A program made the position numbers and the translations under genes. The notes below the pieces were generated by a model that ran no database searches, had not been told where the DNA came from, and saw only the letters and a program-made list of their open reading frames with translations. From Nitrospirota bacterium (GTDB lineage: Bacteria; Nitrospirota; Thermodesulfovibrionia; UBA6902), in assembly GCA_016207885.1 (NCBI GenBank), contig JACQZE010000003.1, forward strand, positions 421,117-485,116: a stretch of DNA of 64,000 nucleotides, in the 5' to 3' direction. Shown one piece after another: positions 1-9,876 of this stretch (its first letter is position 1; every line of letters begins with the position of its first letter).

Positions 1-304
1 TGTAAGGGTCTCCTACATCCTGCTGAAGCGGCAAAAGTATCCCGCTGGTAGTTCCATAACAGCAGAAGTTCTTGTACCAGTTCTCATAAGCTATCTTCCC
101 CGCCCTGGCAGGGTCTATCTTTTTGTAGCCCCACGGGAATTCGGTATTTTTAGCTTGAGCTTCGGATAAGAGGCCCAACCCTCCTGCTGATACTATGCCG
201 ATCCCTGCAGCACCGGCAGCGATCTTCCCTGCTCCCGTCAGCAGCTCTCTTCTTGACAGGCTCTCTTTTTTAATATGCTTTACAAATGACCTGATAAATT
301 TCAT
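1..304 (-). CDS. Tat-signal redox protein, N-terminal fragment (gene continues beyond window start)
   Basis: The reverse-complement ORF starts at the ATG that is the reverse complement of 302-304, with GGAGG 9 nt upstream. The N-terminus MKFIRSFVKHIKKESLSRRELLTGAGKIAAGAAG is a twin-arginine signal, followed by ...NFCCYGTTSG. It runs off the window end. Confidence 0.45.
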   Translation of the reverse strand, partial: MKFIRSFVKHIKKESLSRRELLTGAGKIAAGAAGIGIVSAGGLGLLSEAQAKNTEFPWGYKKIDPARAGKIAYENWYKNFCCYGTTSGILLPLQQDVGDPY

Positions 305-349
305 AATTCTGCCTCCAACGCTGTCATTGATGAATAATAAAACAATTTT

Positions 350-697
350 TCATTGTCGAACAGGCGGCGGGGAATATGCCGTTACTTCCGGGTCATATGT
401 CCTGCCCTGATGTTCAAGGTGGCAATCAAAACACCTTATTTTATCTTTGTAGGCTTCTGCTATATCGTCATAATAGTGTTTGTTGTCAACATGGCATTTT
501 ATACACGAAGCGTCCTTGACCCCTTCCCATGGCACATGGCATGCGTTGCAGTCCTTCTTCAGGTATGAATGTTTGTATGATATCTCTCCGTTCATAAATA
601 CTGCGTAACTGCGCGGGTACCCGTATAAAAAAATAAAGACGATCACAAAAATAGAGAGGTACATGCCCGCGATTATCTTTATATCCATATTTTTCAT
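350..697 (-). CDS. membrane-anchored multiheme (three CxxCH) cytochrome c
   Basis: 115-aa ORF with an N-terminal TM helix and three heme-binding motifs (CNACH, CIKCH, CFDCH). It is immediately upstream of, and likely co-transcribed with, the Tat-signal gene. Confidence 0.7.
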   Translation of the reverse strand: MKNMDIKIIAGMYLSIFVIVFIFLYGYPRSYAVFMNGEISYKHSYLKKDCNACHVPWEGVKDASCIKCHVDNKHYYDDIAEAYKDKIRCFDCHLEHQGRTYDPEVTAYSPPPVRQ

Positions 698-1504
698 TTA
701 ATAATATAGAATGACGGCTATATGAATTATGACGCAGGTGAGCAGAGCCAGGGTCAAAGGCATATGCAGTCCCAGCCAGGCCTCCTGTATCTTCATCTTG
801 GCCAATACAAAAGAGGTTTTTTCTGATTCTATAAAAATGGTGCTTAGCGTGTTCAGGTCATGAATATCCTGGCTCAGAACACTTGCCTTAAATCCCTCGA
901 TCTCCCCCCTGCGTTTATCAAGCAGGTCCCTTTCTTCCATGAATAAATATTCCCACTTGGTCCTGTTTAGTTCTATAGACGGCCTTATTTTCTCTTCATA
1001 GATCTTCTTCAGCTCATTCGAGGTCTTTGAAACCAGAGAGTCCGCCTCTTCCAGAAAATTCTTCAGGTTGCCGATCAACTCTTCTTCAGATTTTGTTTTT
1101 CTGCCGAACTTCACCAAGGAAAGAGGGACAGACCTGTAGATCAATGCCCCCGCTATCCCGCTGATAAAGGTAAGACAATATATGATCGCAAGAAAAATAC
1201 TGAAAGTCCCGGTAAGCCGGAAGCCGGAATGCATGAGCAGGAGCGACAGGCTTATGATGCCTATATAAATGTGTGACTGCAGCCATGCCTGCTGGGAACC
1301 GACCCTGTAACTGTAAATACTTTTTCTGAAGATATACAAGGTGAGCGCCAGTAACAGTAATAAGCAAAGAAAACCGTAACCCAGCACAAAATAAGACCTG
1401 TTGACCGGGTATATGACGCGAGTGTATAAATAATAACTTATGGAAAGCAATGTCATTATTATCAGGAATACAAGCGGCCATCTGCTTCTCAGATTATTTT
1501 TCAT
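698..1504 (-). CDS. hypothetical polytopic membrane protein with C-terminal charged/coiled-coil region
   Basis: 268-aa ORF with about five hydrophobic helices in the first 120 aa and a K/E-rich middle. It abuts the cytochrome gene. Confidence 0.45.
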   Translation of the reverse strand: MKNNLRSRWPLVFLIIMTLLSISYYLYTRVIYPVNRSYFVLGYGFLCLLLLLALTLYIFRKSIYSYRVGSQQAWLQSHIYIGIISLSLLLMHSGFRLTGTFSIFLAIIYCLTFISGIAGALIYRSVPLSLVKFGRKTKSEEELIGNLKNFLEEADSLVSKTSNELKKIYEEKIRPSIELNRTKWEYLFMEERDLLDKRRGEIEGFKASVLSQDIHDLNTLSTIFIESEKTSFVLAKMKIQEAWLGLHMPLTLALLTCVIIHIAVILYY

Positions 1505-1507
1505 ATC

Positions 1508-2917
1508 TTAATTCAGGGTTATGACATCCGTAAAGAAATTTAAAGTATTTATCTTCCGCGCCGCGCCGGTCGGGCAGTTGTAAACACATCCCATGAAAGG
1601 ATGTTCACGGCACATGTCGCATTTAACGACCATTCTTTTTGGTTTTCGTTTCTTATCAGGTTCCTGCTCTATCTGCCCGTTGTCCCTTCTCCTGAAATAA
1701 CGGCTGAGGAATCCTTCATCATGCCTGTTTCTACCGGTATCCGGCAAAGTTACGACGGATATGTTCCCGTACGGGCAGTTTCTGGCACATATCCCGCATG
1801 CGATACAGGACTTATTGTGATATATCTCACCCTCAAAACCTCTGTTGATAGCGCCTGTCGGGCATTTGATCATGCATGAGGGATTTTCACAATGCCTGCA
1901 TGATGAGGCTATAAGCAGGTTGTTGTTAAGTGGTATCCCCTTTCTTACCAGCCGTGTATGGCCGTTGTGAAGCACGCCGCATGCCTTGAGGCAATTGTCA
2001 CAATTAATACATTTTGTGATATCAATAACCAGTATCTCTTTCGACTGAACAATTCCCATGTCGATAACAGAGCGCAAGGTGTTCTCCATATGTTCATCCT
2101 CGCGCATCTGCACATTCTTCTGTTTTATCTTTTCAATGCTGGCTTCCAGACTTGTTTTAACCCTTGGATGCAGTTCAATTATGTGTTGAAAATCAGCCCG
2201 CGATACCTTGATAAGTTCAGTCCGGCTGATAGCAGTAATGGTAGCCATCCTCTTCTCATTCTCATTTACCAGGGCCATTTCACCGAGATAATGCCCTGCC
2301 TTGAGATAGGCCAGCACCCTTTTTCTTCCGTCAGTCCCCGTCTCCGTGATCTTGACCAATCCATACCTGACGACATAAAAGGCATCTGCTTCATCTCCCT
2401 GATGAAAAACAGCCTCACCGCTGTTATAGGTATGAAGAGTTGCTTTATCGATCAGCTCTTCAATTATGTCTTTGGGCAATCCCATAAAGATCGGAATAGA
2501 GGGAAGCTGGGAAGCAAGAACACGCTCACAATATAGAGCATCTATCCTGCTTTTGATCAGAGGGAATTTATCAAAAAGATTTAATAACGTCTCTTTAGGG
2601 ATTACAAGAACCTCCGTACGTTTTAAAGGCACAACATCAGCTGTTCTGACATATCCGGAAAGTGCGGCTATCTCTCCAAAGATATCCCCTTCCTTTAATA
2701 TTATTTCACCAAAAGTATTGGCAGGACTTAACTCAACCCTTACCTGGCCTGAGAGAATGACACAGCAATCTTCACCATAATCTCCGTAGTTATAGATCTT
2801 TTCTCCATGCTTGAAAACCTCTACGGTGCAGGTATTCAGTAAAGGCAGGAGTTCGTCGTTATTGACCCCTGAAAACAGAGGGGTCTCCGAGATATGCTCT
2901 TTCAGGATTATTTCCAC
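1508..2917 (-). CDS. tandem cyclic-nucleotide-binding domain protein fused to a 4x Cys-cluster ferredoxin-like domain
   Basis: 469 aa. Two cNMP-binding-like segments (GDIFGEIAAL, GHYLGEMALV). Four Cys clusters: CINCDNCLKAC, CRHCENPSCMIKCP, CIACGICARNCP, CDMCREHPFMGCVYNCP. Confidence 0.6.
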   Translation of the reverse strand: MEIILKEHISETPLFSGVNNDELLPLLNTCTVEVFKHGEKIYNYGDYGEDCCVILSGQVRVELSPANTFGEIILKEGDIFGEIAALSGYVRTADVVPLKRTEVLVIPKETLLNLFDKFPLIKSRIDALYCERVLASQLPSIPIFMGLPKDIIEELIDKATLHTYNSGEAVFHQGDEADAFYVVRYGLVKITETGTDGRKRVLAYLKAGHYLGEMALVNENEKRMATITAISRTELIKVSRADFQHIIELHPRVKTSLEASIEKIKQKNVQMREDEHMENTLRSVIDMGIVQSKEILVIDITKCINCDNCLKACGVLHNGHTRLVRKGIPLNNNLLIASSCRHCENPSCMIKCPTGAINRGFEGEIYHNKSCIACGICARNCPYGNISVVTLPDTGRNRHDEGFLSRYFRRRDNGQIEQEPDKKRKPKRMVVKCDMCREHPFMGCVYNCPTGAARKINTLNFFTDVITLN

Positions 2918-3106
2918 TTGACTATGCCTCTAATGATATATTCTTCATAGATAATAAAGAATACAATTATAAATAATTAACCCCAAAAAAGTATATCCCG
3001 GCAACCATAAGATATATGTCCGGATCTCAGGATTTTCTCACATGAATATTCTGTTGCCGATATGGATTCTTCTCCCGAAGCAACAAGCGGGACGGGGGAA
3101 AAAGGA

Positions 3107-3787
3107 CTAAATACTATTTATATACTCCAGGCAGACATCTTTATCTGCGAGATTCTCAAGAAACAGGTCAGCCCCCGCCTCTTCCAGATCAGCTTTGCTG
3201 TACGGCCCTGTAGCGACTCCGATCGAATGAGCATTGTATATCTTGGCGCACATCACATCACGCGGGGTATCGCCGATGACAACGCATTTTTCATATGTGG
3301 TATTTATCCCGATCTGTGAGAACTTTTTAACGGCTATCGGCAGGAGCATATTGCGGTCTTCATGGTCGCTGCCGAACGCGCCGTCAGAGAAATACTTCCT
3401 GAGGTCAAACGAGGCTAACTTTATATCCGCGCCTGCCTCAAGGTTTCCTGTCAGAAGCCCGATAGGAACCGCATCCCAGGTAAGCGTATCAAGTATCTCA
3501 AGCACACCGGGCTTTACATGCTTCCACGGGTTATTGATCTCAAGGGAAAGGTGATCGAGGTATTTATACATAAGCACCTCAACCTCTCCGCTGTCGCTTA
3601 AGAGCCCGTGCGTCATCAGCCCTTCTTTCATTATCTGGATATCGGTCATGCCCGCCATCTTCATATCCCTGAAGGCGTCCCTGATTCCGAAGAGCTCATG
3701 GAACGCGCTGTTAAGCGCCCTGCTCCCGGCCTTGCCGGAATCTATAAGCGTCTCGTCAATGTCAAAGAGGACAAGTTTATTGCTCAT
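3107..3787 (-). CDS. HAD-superfamily hydrolase (phosphatase-like)
   Basis: N-terminal DxDxT motif (LFDIDETLID) and a later GDTPRD motif, in a 226-aa ORF. Confidence 0.7.
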   Translation of the reverse strand: MSNKLVLFDIDETLIDSGKAGSRALNSAFHELFGIRDAFRDMKMAGMTDIQIMKEGLMTHGLLSDSGEVEVLMYKYLDHLSLEINNPWKHVKPGVLEILDTLTWDAVPIGLLTGNLEAGADIKLASFDLRKYFSDGAFGSDHEDRNMLLPIAVKKFSQIGINTTYEKCVVIGDTPRDVMCAKIYNAHSIGVATGPYSKADLEEAGADLFLENLADKDVCLEYINSI

Positions 3788-3885
3788 TGTTTTTTATATT
3801 AGAACAGACCTTAATTAACATGCAATTATTGAAGAATTTCAATTAGAAAGTCTATAATCAAAAAACCATTTCAAAGGAGCTATAA

Positions 3886-4650
3886 ATGATCAAGGTCGGA
3901 ATCATCGGAGGCTCGGGGCTTGATAACCCTGATATCCTCAAAGACGCAAAAGAGATAAAGGTTGCAACACCATACGGCGCGCCGACATCTCCTCTCACTA
4001 TCGGCTCGATAAGCGGGATTGATGTGGCTATCATCGCAAGGCACGGCAAAGACCACTCGATATACCCGTCAAAGGTAAATTTCAGGGCGAATATCTGGGC
4101 GCTCAAAGAACAGGAATGCACGCATATACTCGCGTCCACGGCGGTCGGCTCTTTAAGAAAAGAGATCGCGCCGGGGCATCTTGTATTCCCGAGCCAGTTC
4201 ATAGACCATACCAGAAAGAGAGAGGCCACATTCTTTGATGAGGATGTTGTGGTGCATACCCCGATGGCAGAGCCTTTCTGCCAAAACCTCATCAACCTGC
4301 TCTCTTCATCTGCAAAAGAGATGGGGCTTCCCTTTCATGCCAACAAGACGGTCATAACGATCGAAGGGCCGAGGTTCTCCACAAAGGCTGAAAGCCATAT
4401 GTTCAGAAGCTGGAACGCTGATGTGATAAACATGAGCACAGTGCCTGAGGCCAATCTCGCGAGGGAGAAGAAGATGCATTACGCTGCCATCGCAATGTCC
4501 ACCGATTATGACTGCTGGCACGAAGAAGAAGAGCCGGTCACATGGGAGATGATACTTGAAACGATGAAGAAGAACGCGGGCAATGTAATAAAACTGTTTC
4601 TTAAGGCCATACCAAAGATCACTGAATACGATGATACCTGCCATCAATAA
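3886..4650 (+). CDS. mtnP: 5'-methylthioadenosine/purine nucleoside phosphorylase
   Basis: MIKVGIIGGSGLD...ATPYG...IIARHGKDH has the MTAP/PNP family signature. RBS AAAGGAG lies upstream. Confidence 0.8.
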   Translation: MIKVGIIGGSGLDNPDILKDAKEIKVATPYGAPTSPLTIGSISGIDVAIIARHGKDHSIYPSKVNFRANIWALKEQECTHILASTAVGSLRKEIAPGHLVFPSQFIDHTRKREATFFDEDVVVHTPMAEPFCQNLINLLSSSAKEMGLPFHANKTVITIEGPRFSTKAESHMFRSWNADVINMSTVPEANLAREKKMHYAAIAMSTDYDCWHEEEEPVTWEMILETMKKNAGNVIKLFLKAIPKITEYDDTCHQ

Positions 4651-4672
4651 TTAAAATATAAAGGAGATCATT

Positions 4673-5206
4673 ATGCCAATCAAATCAAAGATCAGGACCA
4701 TACCGGACCATCCCAAAAAAGGAATAATGTTCAGGGACATCACCACCCTTATCAAAGATCCGGTCGGCTTCAGGCTGGTCATCGATGCCCTGACCCAGAG
4801 ATACATTACAAAAGATATGGATTTCGACGTTATTGTCGGCATCGAGGCAAGGGGTTTTATTATCGGGGGGGCATTATCATATACGCTCGGGAAAGGCTTT
4901 GTGCCTGTCAGAAAGATCGGCAAGCTTCCGGCTGAAGTAGTCAGGCATGAATACGAGCTTGAGTACGGCACAGACACTGTTGAGATACATAAAGACGCAA
5001 TAGTGAAAGGCGCAAAGGTGATTCTGGTCGACGACCTCCTTGCAACAGGCGGGACAGCGCTGGCTGCCGCAACCCTTATAGAAAAGCTCGGAGGCATAGT
5101 GTCTGAGATGGCGTTTATCGTGAACCTTCCTGATGTTGGCGGCGAAAAGAGGCTGACAGGCAAGGGGTATAAAGTGCACTGTCTTACTGAGTTTGAAGGG
5201 GACTAA
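4673..5206 (+). CDS. apt: adenine phosphoribosyltransferase
   Basis: 177 aa. FRDITTL, VGIEARGF and the PRPP-binding motif VILVDDLLATGGT. RBS AAAGGAG. Confidence 0.85.
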   Translation: MPIKSKIRTIPDHPKKGIMFRDITTLIKDPVGFRLVIDALTQRYITKDMDFDVIVGIEARGFIIGGALSYTLGKGFVPVRKIGKLPAEVVRHEYELEYGTDTVEIHKDAIVKGAKVILVDDLLATGGTALAAATLIEKLGGIVSEMAFIVNLPDVGGEKRLTGKGYKVHCLTEFEGD

Positions 5207-5288
5207 AACACCCGTCATTCCGCGTCCGGACGGTTCATTTATTTACATATTTATCAATGTCCTATGTATAATATTGTCAAATATCATC

Positions 5289-5639
5289 ATGGGTATCATT
5301 ACTGAAAACAGGCGTTCAAAAAGAGTCAATTTAAGCCTTTTTGCCGAGCTTACACTTGCTGAAAAAAGCTTAAACGGCTTTATTGAAAACATCTCTGAGC
5401 ACGGCATCATGCAAAGGGTCTTTTCCGATGTGGAAGTGCATGGGTTTACTCCGGGGAACGATGTCAATGTGAATTTCATGCTCCCGTCAGATGATACCAT
5501 TGACCTGAAATGCAGCATAAAGTGGTTGAATATGAATTCTCAGCAATTTTCAGAGATCATATACAATGTAGGAATGGAGATCATTGAACCTCCGAACGCG
5601 TATCTGAAATTTGTTCATGATCTGTATAAGCATTGCTAA
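5289..5639 (+). CDS. PilZ-domain (c-di-GMP-binding) protein
   Basis: RRSKR followed about 25 aa later by NISEHG matches the PilZ RxxxR...(D/N)xSxxG signature. The start was trimmed from ORF 5193 (which overlaps apt) to the internal Met; the true start is uncertain. Confidence 0.5.
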   Translation: MGIITENRRSKRVNLSLFAELTLAEKSLNGFIENISEHGIMQRVFSDVEVHGFTPGNDVNVNFMLPSDDTIDLKCSIKWLNMNSQQFSEIIYNVGMEIIEPPNAYLKFVHDLYKHC

Positions 5640-5759
5640 GGCCTGATCTCTTTATCCATTAATAATTACCACTCTTCCCATTAGTATCTGTAATTTCTCC
5701 CAAGACTTAAGACCGCAGATATCCCGTTAAATCAATACTACTATTTTGTTTTGTGACTT

Positions 5760-6762
<1,003 letters not shown>

Positions 6763-6829
6763 AAGAAGCGTTCAGCGGTCAGCACTCAGAAATGAACCGC
6801 TTTTACTGATAGCTATAAAGGAGGAAACA

Positions 6830-8257
6830 TTGAGCACAGCGATTAAAGATACACAAAAGATGATAGAGGAAGTCCTTGATGCATATCCGGAGAAATCAAA
6901 GAAGGACCGGGCAAAGCATCTCGCGGCGAACGATCCCTCGGGACAGTGCACCACTTGCCAGGTGAAGTCCAATGTTAAATCACGTCCCGGCGTCATGACC
7001 GTGCGCGGCTGTGCCTATGCAGGCGCCAAGGGCGTTGTATGGGGGCCGGTGAAAGACCAGTTAACGATCAGCCACGGCCCGGTCGGATGCGGCCAGTACT
7101 CATGGTGGTCGCGGCGCAACTACTATAACGGACAGACCGGCATCGATACCTTCGGCACCATGCATATCACCACAGACTTTCAGGAAAAGAATATCGTTTA
7201 CGGCGGCGACAAAGGCCTTGACCTTGCACTGCATGAACTCAAGGGGCTCTTCCCGCTTGCAAACGGGATCGGCATACTTTCCGAATGTCCGGTCGGCCTT
7301 ATCGGAGACGATATCGAGGCTGTGTCAAAGCGTGTGGAAAAGGAATTTAAATATCCGATCGTTCCGGTGCGGTGCGAGGGTTTCAGGGGAGTGAGCCAGT
7401 CCCTCGGCCATCATATCGCAAACGATACCATCAAGGATTATGTGCTTGGCAAGGGCAAGCTTGAAACCTCAACGCCCTATGATGTAGCCCTCATCGGGGA
7501 CTATAACATCGGCGGCGACGCATGGGCCTCGCGCAAAATTCTCGAAGAGATGGGCCTTCGCGTGATCTCGCAGTACACGGGAGATGCAACGATCAACGAG
7601 ATCGGCATCGCGACCAAGGCGAAGCTGAACCTGATCCACTGTTACCGGTCAATGAACTACATCTGCCGGCACATGGAGGAGGAGTACGGCATTCCCTGGA
7701 TGGAGTTTAATTTCTTCGGCCCTACAAAGACCTATGACAGCATCAGGAAGATTGCGGCGAAGTTCGACGAAACGATACAGCAGAAGGCGGAAGCGGTCAT
7801 CGCAAAGTACAAGCCGGTCATGGACAAGATCATTGAACAGTACAGGGCAAAGCTCGAAGGCAAGAAGGTGATGCTCTACGTTGGCGGCCTTCGTCCGCGC
7901 CACACTATCGGCGCTTACGAGGACCTCGGCATGGAAGTGGTTGCTTCAGGATACGAGTTCGGCCACAGCGACGATTATAAGCGCACCTATCCTGAGATGA
8001 AGGAAGGGGCTGTGATCATGGATGACGCTACTTTATATGAACTGGAAGAGTTCACTCGCAGGCTGAAGCCGGACATGGTCGGCTCGGGAATCAAGGAAAA
8101 ATATTCTTACCACAAACTCGGAGTGCCGTTCCGGCAGATGCATTCATGGGACTATTCCGGCCCCTACCACGGCTTTGACGGCTTCCCGGTATTTGCTCGT
8201 GACATGGACATGACGGTAAACAGCCCCACATGGGATTTGATACGGAGGAAAAGATGA
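6830..8257 (+). CDS. nifD: nitrogenase MoFe protein alpha chain
   Basis: TTG start after AAAGGAGGA. Hallmark segments include ...[19 protein letters not shown]...[18 protein letters not shown]... The stop overlaps the nifK start (ATGA). Confidence 0.92.
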   Translation: MSTAIKDTQKMIEEVLDAYPEKSKKDRAKHLAANDPSGQCTTCQVKSNVKSRPGVMTVRGCAYAGAKGVVWGPVKDQLTISHGPVGCGQYSWWSRRNYYNGQTGIDTFGTMHITTDFQEKNIVYGGDKGLDLALHELKGLFPLANGIGILSECPVGLIGDDIEAVSKRVEKEFKYPIVPVRCEGFRGVSQSLGHHIANDTIKDYVLGKGKLETSTPYDVALIGDYNIGGDAWASRKILEEMGLRVISQYTGDATINEIGIATKAKLNLIHCYRSMNYICRHMEEEYGIPWMEFNFFGPTKTYDSIRKIAAKFDETIQQKAEAVIAKYKPVMDKIIEQYRAKLEGKKVMLYVGGLRPRHTIGAYEDLGMEVVASGYEFGHSDDYKRTYPEMKEGAVIMDDATLYELEEFTRRLKPDMVGSGIKEKYSYHKLGVPFRQMHSWDYSGPYHGFDGFPVFARDMDMTVNSPTWDLIRRKR

Positions 8258-9768
8258 GCACGATAAAGATAAAAGACCACTGCGACCTGTTTCTTGAGCC
8301 GGAGTATCAGGCCCAGTTTGAGCGCAAGAAAGAATTCGAAAACCCATGGCCTGCGGAGAAGGTGAAAGAGGTTTCGGAATGGACCAAGACTGAAGAATAT
8401 AAGGAACTTAACTTTGCAAGGCAGAACATCAAGATCAATCCTGCAAAGGCCTGTCAGCCGCTCGGCGCGGTCTTCTGCGCCTCAGGTTTTGAAGGCTCAA
8501 TGCCCTTTGTGCAGGGCGCTCAGGGCTGCGTGGCGTATTTCAGAAGCCATCTAAGCAGGCACTTTAAAGAACCCTTTGCAGCGATCTCTACATCCATGAC
8601 CGAGGATGCGGCGGTGTTCGGCGGACTGAACAACATGCTTGAAGGGCTGGAGAACACCTATGCCCTTTACAAGCCGAAGATGATCGCGGTCTCGACGACA
8701 TGCATGGCAGAGGTTATCGGCGATGATCTGAACGCCTACATAAAGACAGCGAAAGAAAAAGGCGTAATACCCCAGGACCTGCCTGTGCCGTTTGCTCACA
8801 CACCCAGCTTTGTCGGCTCGCACATCGTTGGCTATGACAATATGCTGAAGGGCATTCTGAAGACGCTTTCAGAAGGCAGGAAAGGCGAGTCGAATAATAA
8901 GGTCAATATCATTATGGGTTTCGACACCTATACCGGAAACTACCACGAGATCAAACGGCTGATGGCGATGATGGGAATTGAATTTACACTGCTGGCGGAT
9001 GTGAGCGAGACCTTTGATTCGCCGAACACAGGTGAATACAAGCTATATCCCGGCGGAACTCCGATTCCCGAAGCCATGGATGCGGTGAATGCTATAGGGA
9101 CTGTCGCGCTGCAGAAGTACTCGACCGTAAAGACAATCGAGTACATTCATAAGGAATGGGGACAGAAAGCCTTTACAGCCGCGCCGATAGGCATCAGGAA
9201 CACAGACACATTCTTTGAAGAGCTAAGCAAGCTCACGGGCAAGCCGGTTCCGGCTGCTATCGAAGCTGAGCGCGGGCGCGCGGTAGATGCCATGGTGGAT
9301 TCGCACCCTTACGTTCACGGCAAACGATTTGCCCTTGTCGGCGACCCTGACATCCTGCTTGGGATGATGAGTCTCATTATGGAGATGGGAGGCGAGCCGG
9401 TGCATATCATCTGCACCAACGGGGACAAGCACTTCGAAGCGGAGGCCAACAAACTGCTCGCGTCAAGCCCATTTGGCGTAAACGGCAAGGTATACATTGG
9501 AAAAGATATGTGGCATATGCGCTCTCTATTATTCACCGAACCGGTTGATATCCTTATCGGAAATTCCTATGCAAAGTTTCTAACACGCGACACCGGGACA
9601 CCGCTTATCAGAATAGGCTTCCCGCTCTTCGACCGGCATCATCTCCACCGGTATCCGGTAATCGGCTATCAGGGAGCGCTGAACCTTGTGACCATGATCG
9701 TCAATAATGTGCTTGATGAGATGGACAGAAAGACGATGGATACAACGAGCTTTGATGTTATCAGGTAG
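8254..9768 (+). CDS. nifK: nitrogenase MoFe protein beta chain
   Basis: [13 protein letters not shown]...[32 protein letters not shown]... The ATG at 8254 is preceded by GGAGGAA. Confidence 0.92.
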   Translation: MSTIKIKDHCDLFLEPEYQAQFERKKEFENPWPAEKVKEVSEWTKTEEYKELNFARQNIKINPAKACQPLGAVFCASGFEGSMPFVQGAQGCVAYFRSHLSRHFKEPFAAISTSMTEDAAVFGGLNNMLEGLENTYALYKPKMIAVSTTCMAEVIGDDLNAYIKTAKEKGVIPQDLPVPFAHTPSFVGSHIVGYDNMLKGILKTLSEGRKGESNNKVNIIMGFDTYTGNYHEIKRLMAMMGIEFTLLADVSETFDSPNTGEYKLYPGGTPIPEAMDAVNAIGTVALQKYSTVKTIEYIHKEWGQKAFTAAPIGIRNTDTFFEELSKLTGKPVPAAIEAERGRAVDAMVDSHPYVHGKRFALVGDPDILLGMMSLIMEMGGEPVHIICTNGDKHFEAEANKLLASSPFGVNGKVYIGKDMWHMRSLLFTEPVDILIGNSYAKFLTRDTGTPLIRIGFPLFDRHHLHRYPVIGYQGALNLVTMIVNNVLDEMDRKTMDTTSFDVIR

Positions 9769-9771
9769 AGG

Positions 9772-9855
9772 ATAACTCCCCCTTCCCCCTCTTAACCTAA
9801 GAGGGGGGTAAGACTTATTCCTCCCCTTAAGATAAGGGGAGGCGAGGAGGGGTTA
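9772..9855. repeat. composite C/G-rich palindromic element, intergenic copy between nifK and nifEN
   Basis: ataactcccccttcCCCCTCTTAacctAAGAGGGGGG...CCTCCCCTTAAGATAAGGGGAGG. Its first 23 nt are identical to the copy inside nifEN at 10408. Confidence 0.8.
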
Positions 9856-9876
9856 TGAAATAAAAAAGGACCGACA

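Noticed and set aside
195-410. 71-aa ORF on plus strand
   Set aside because: Low-complexity Ala/Pro-rich translation lying antisense to the well-supported Tat-signal gene and cytochrome gene region. No RBS or homology.
1086-1481. 131-aa ORF nested in the membrane-protein gene (other frame, same strand)
   Set aside because: Fully contained within the longer ORF 698..1504, which has coherent TM topology. Alternative-frame artefact.
4651-5163. 170-aa minus-strand ORF
   Set aside because: Antisense to apt, which has strong PRTase motifs. No independent support.
5193-5288. Upstream extension of the PilZ ORF
   Set aside because: Would overlap apt by 14 nt and adds a hydrophobic non-PilZ N-terminus. 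Trimmed to the internal Met, though the exact start remains uncertain.
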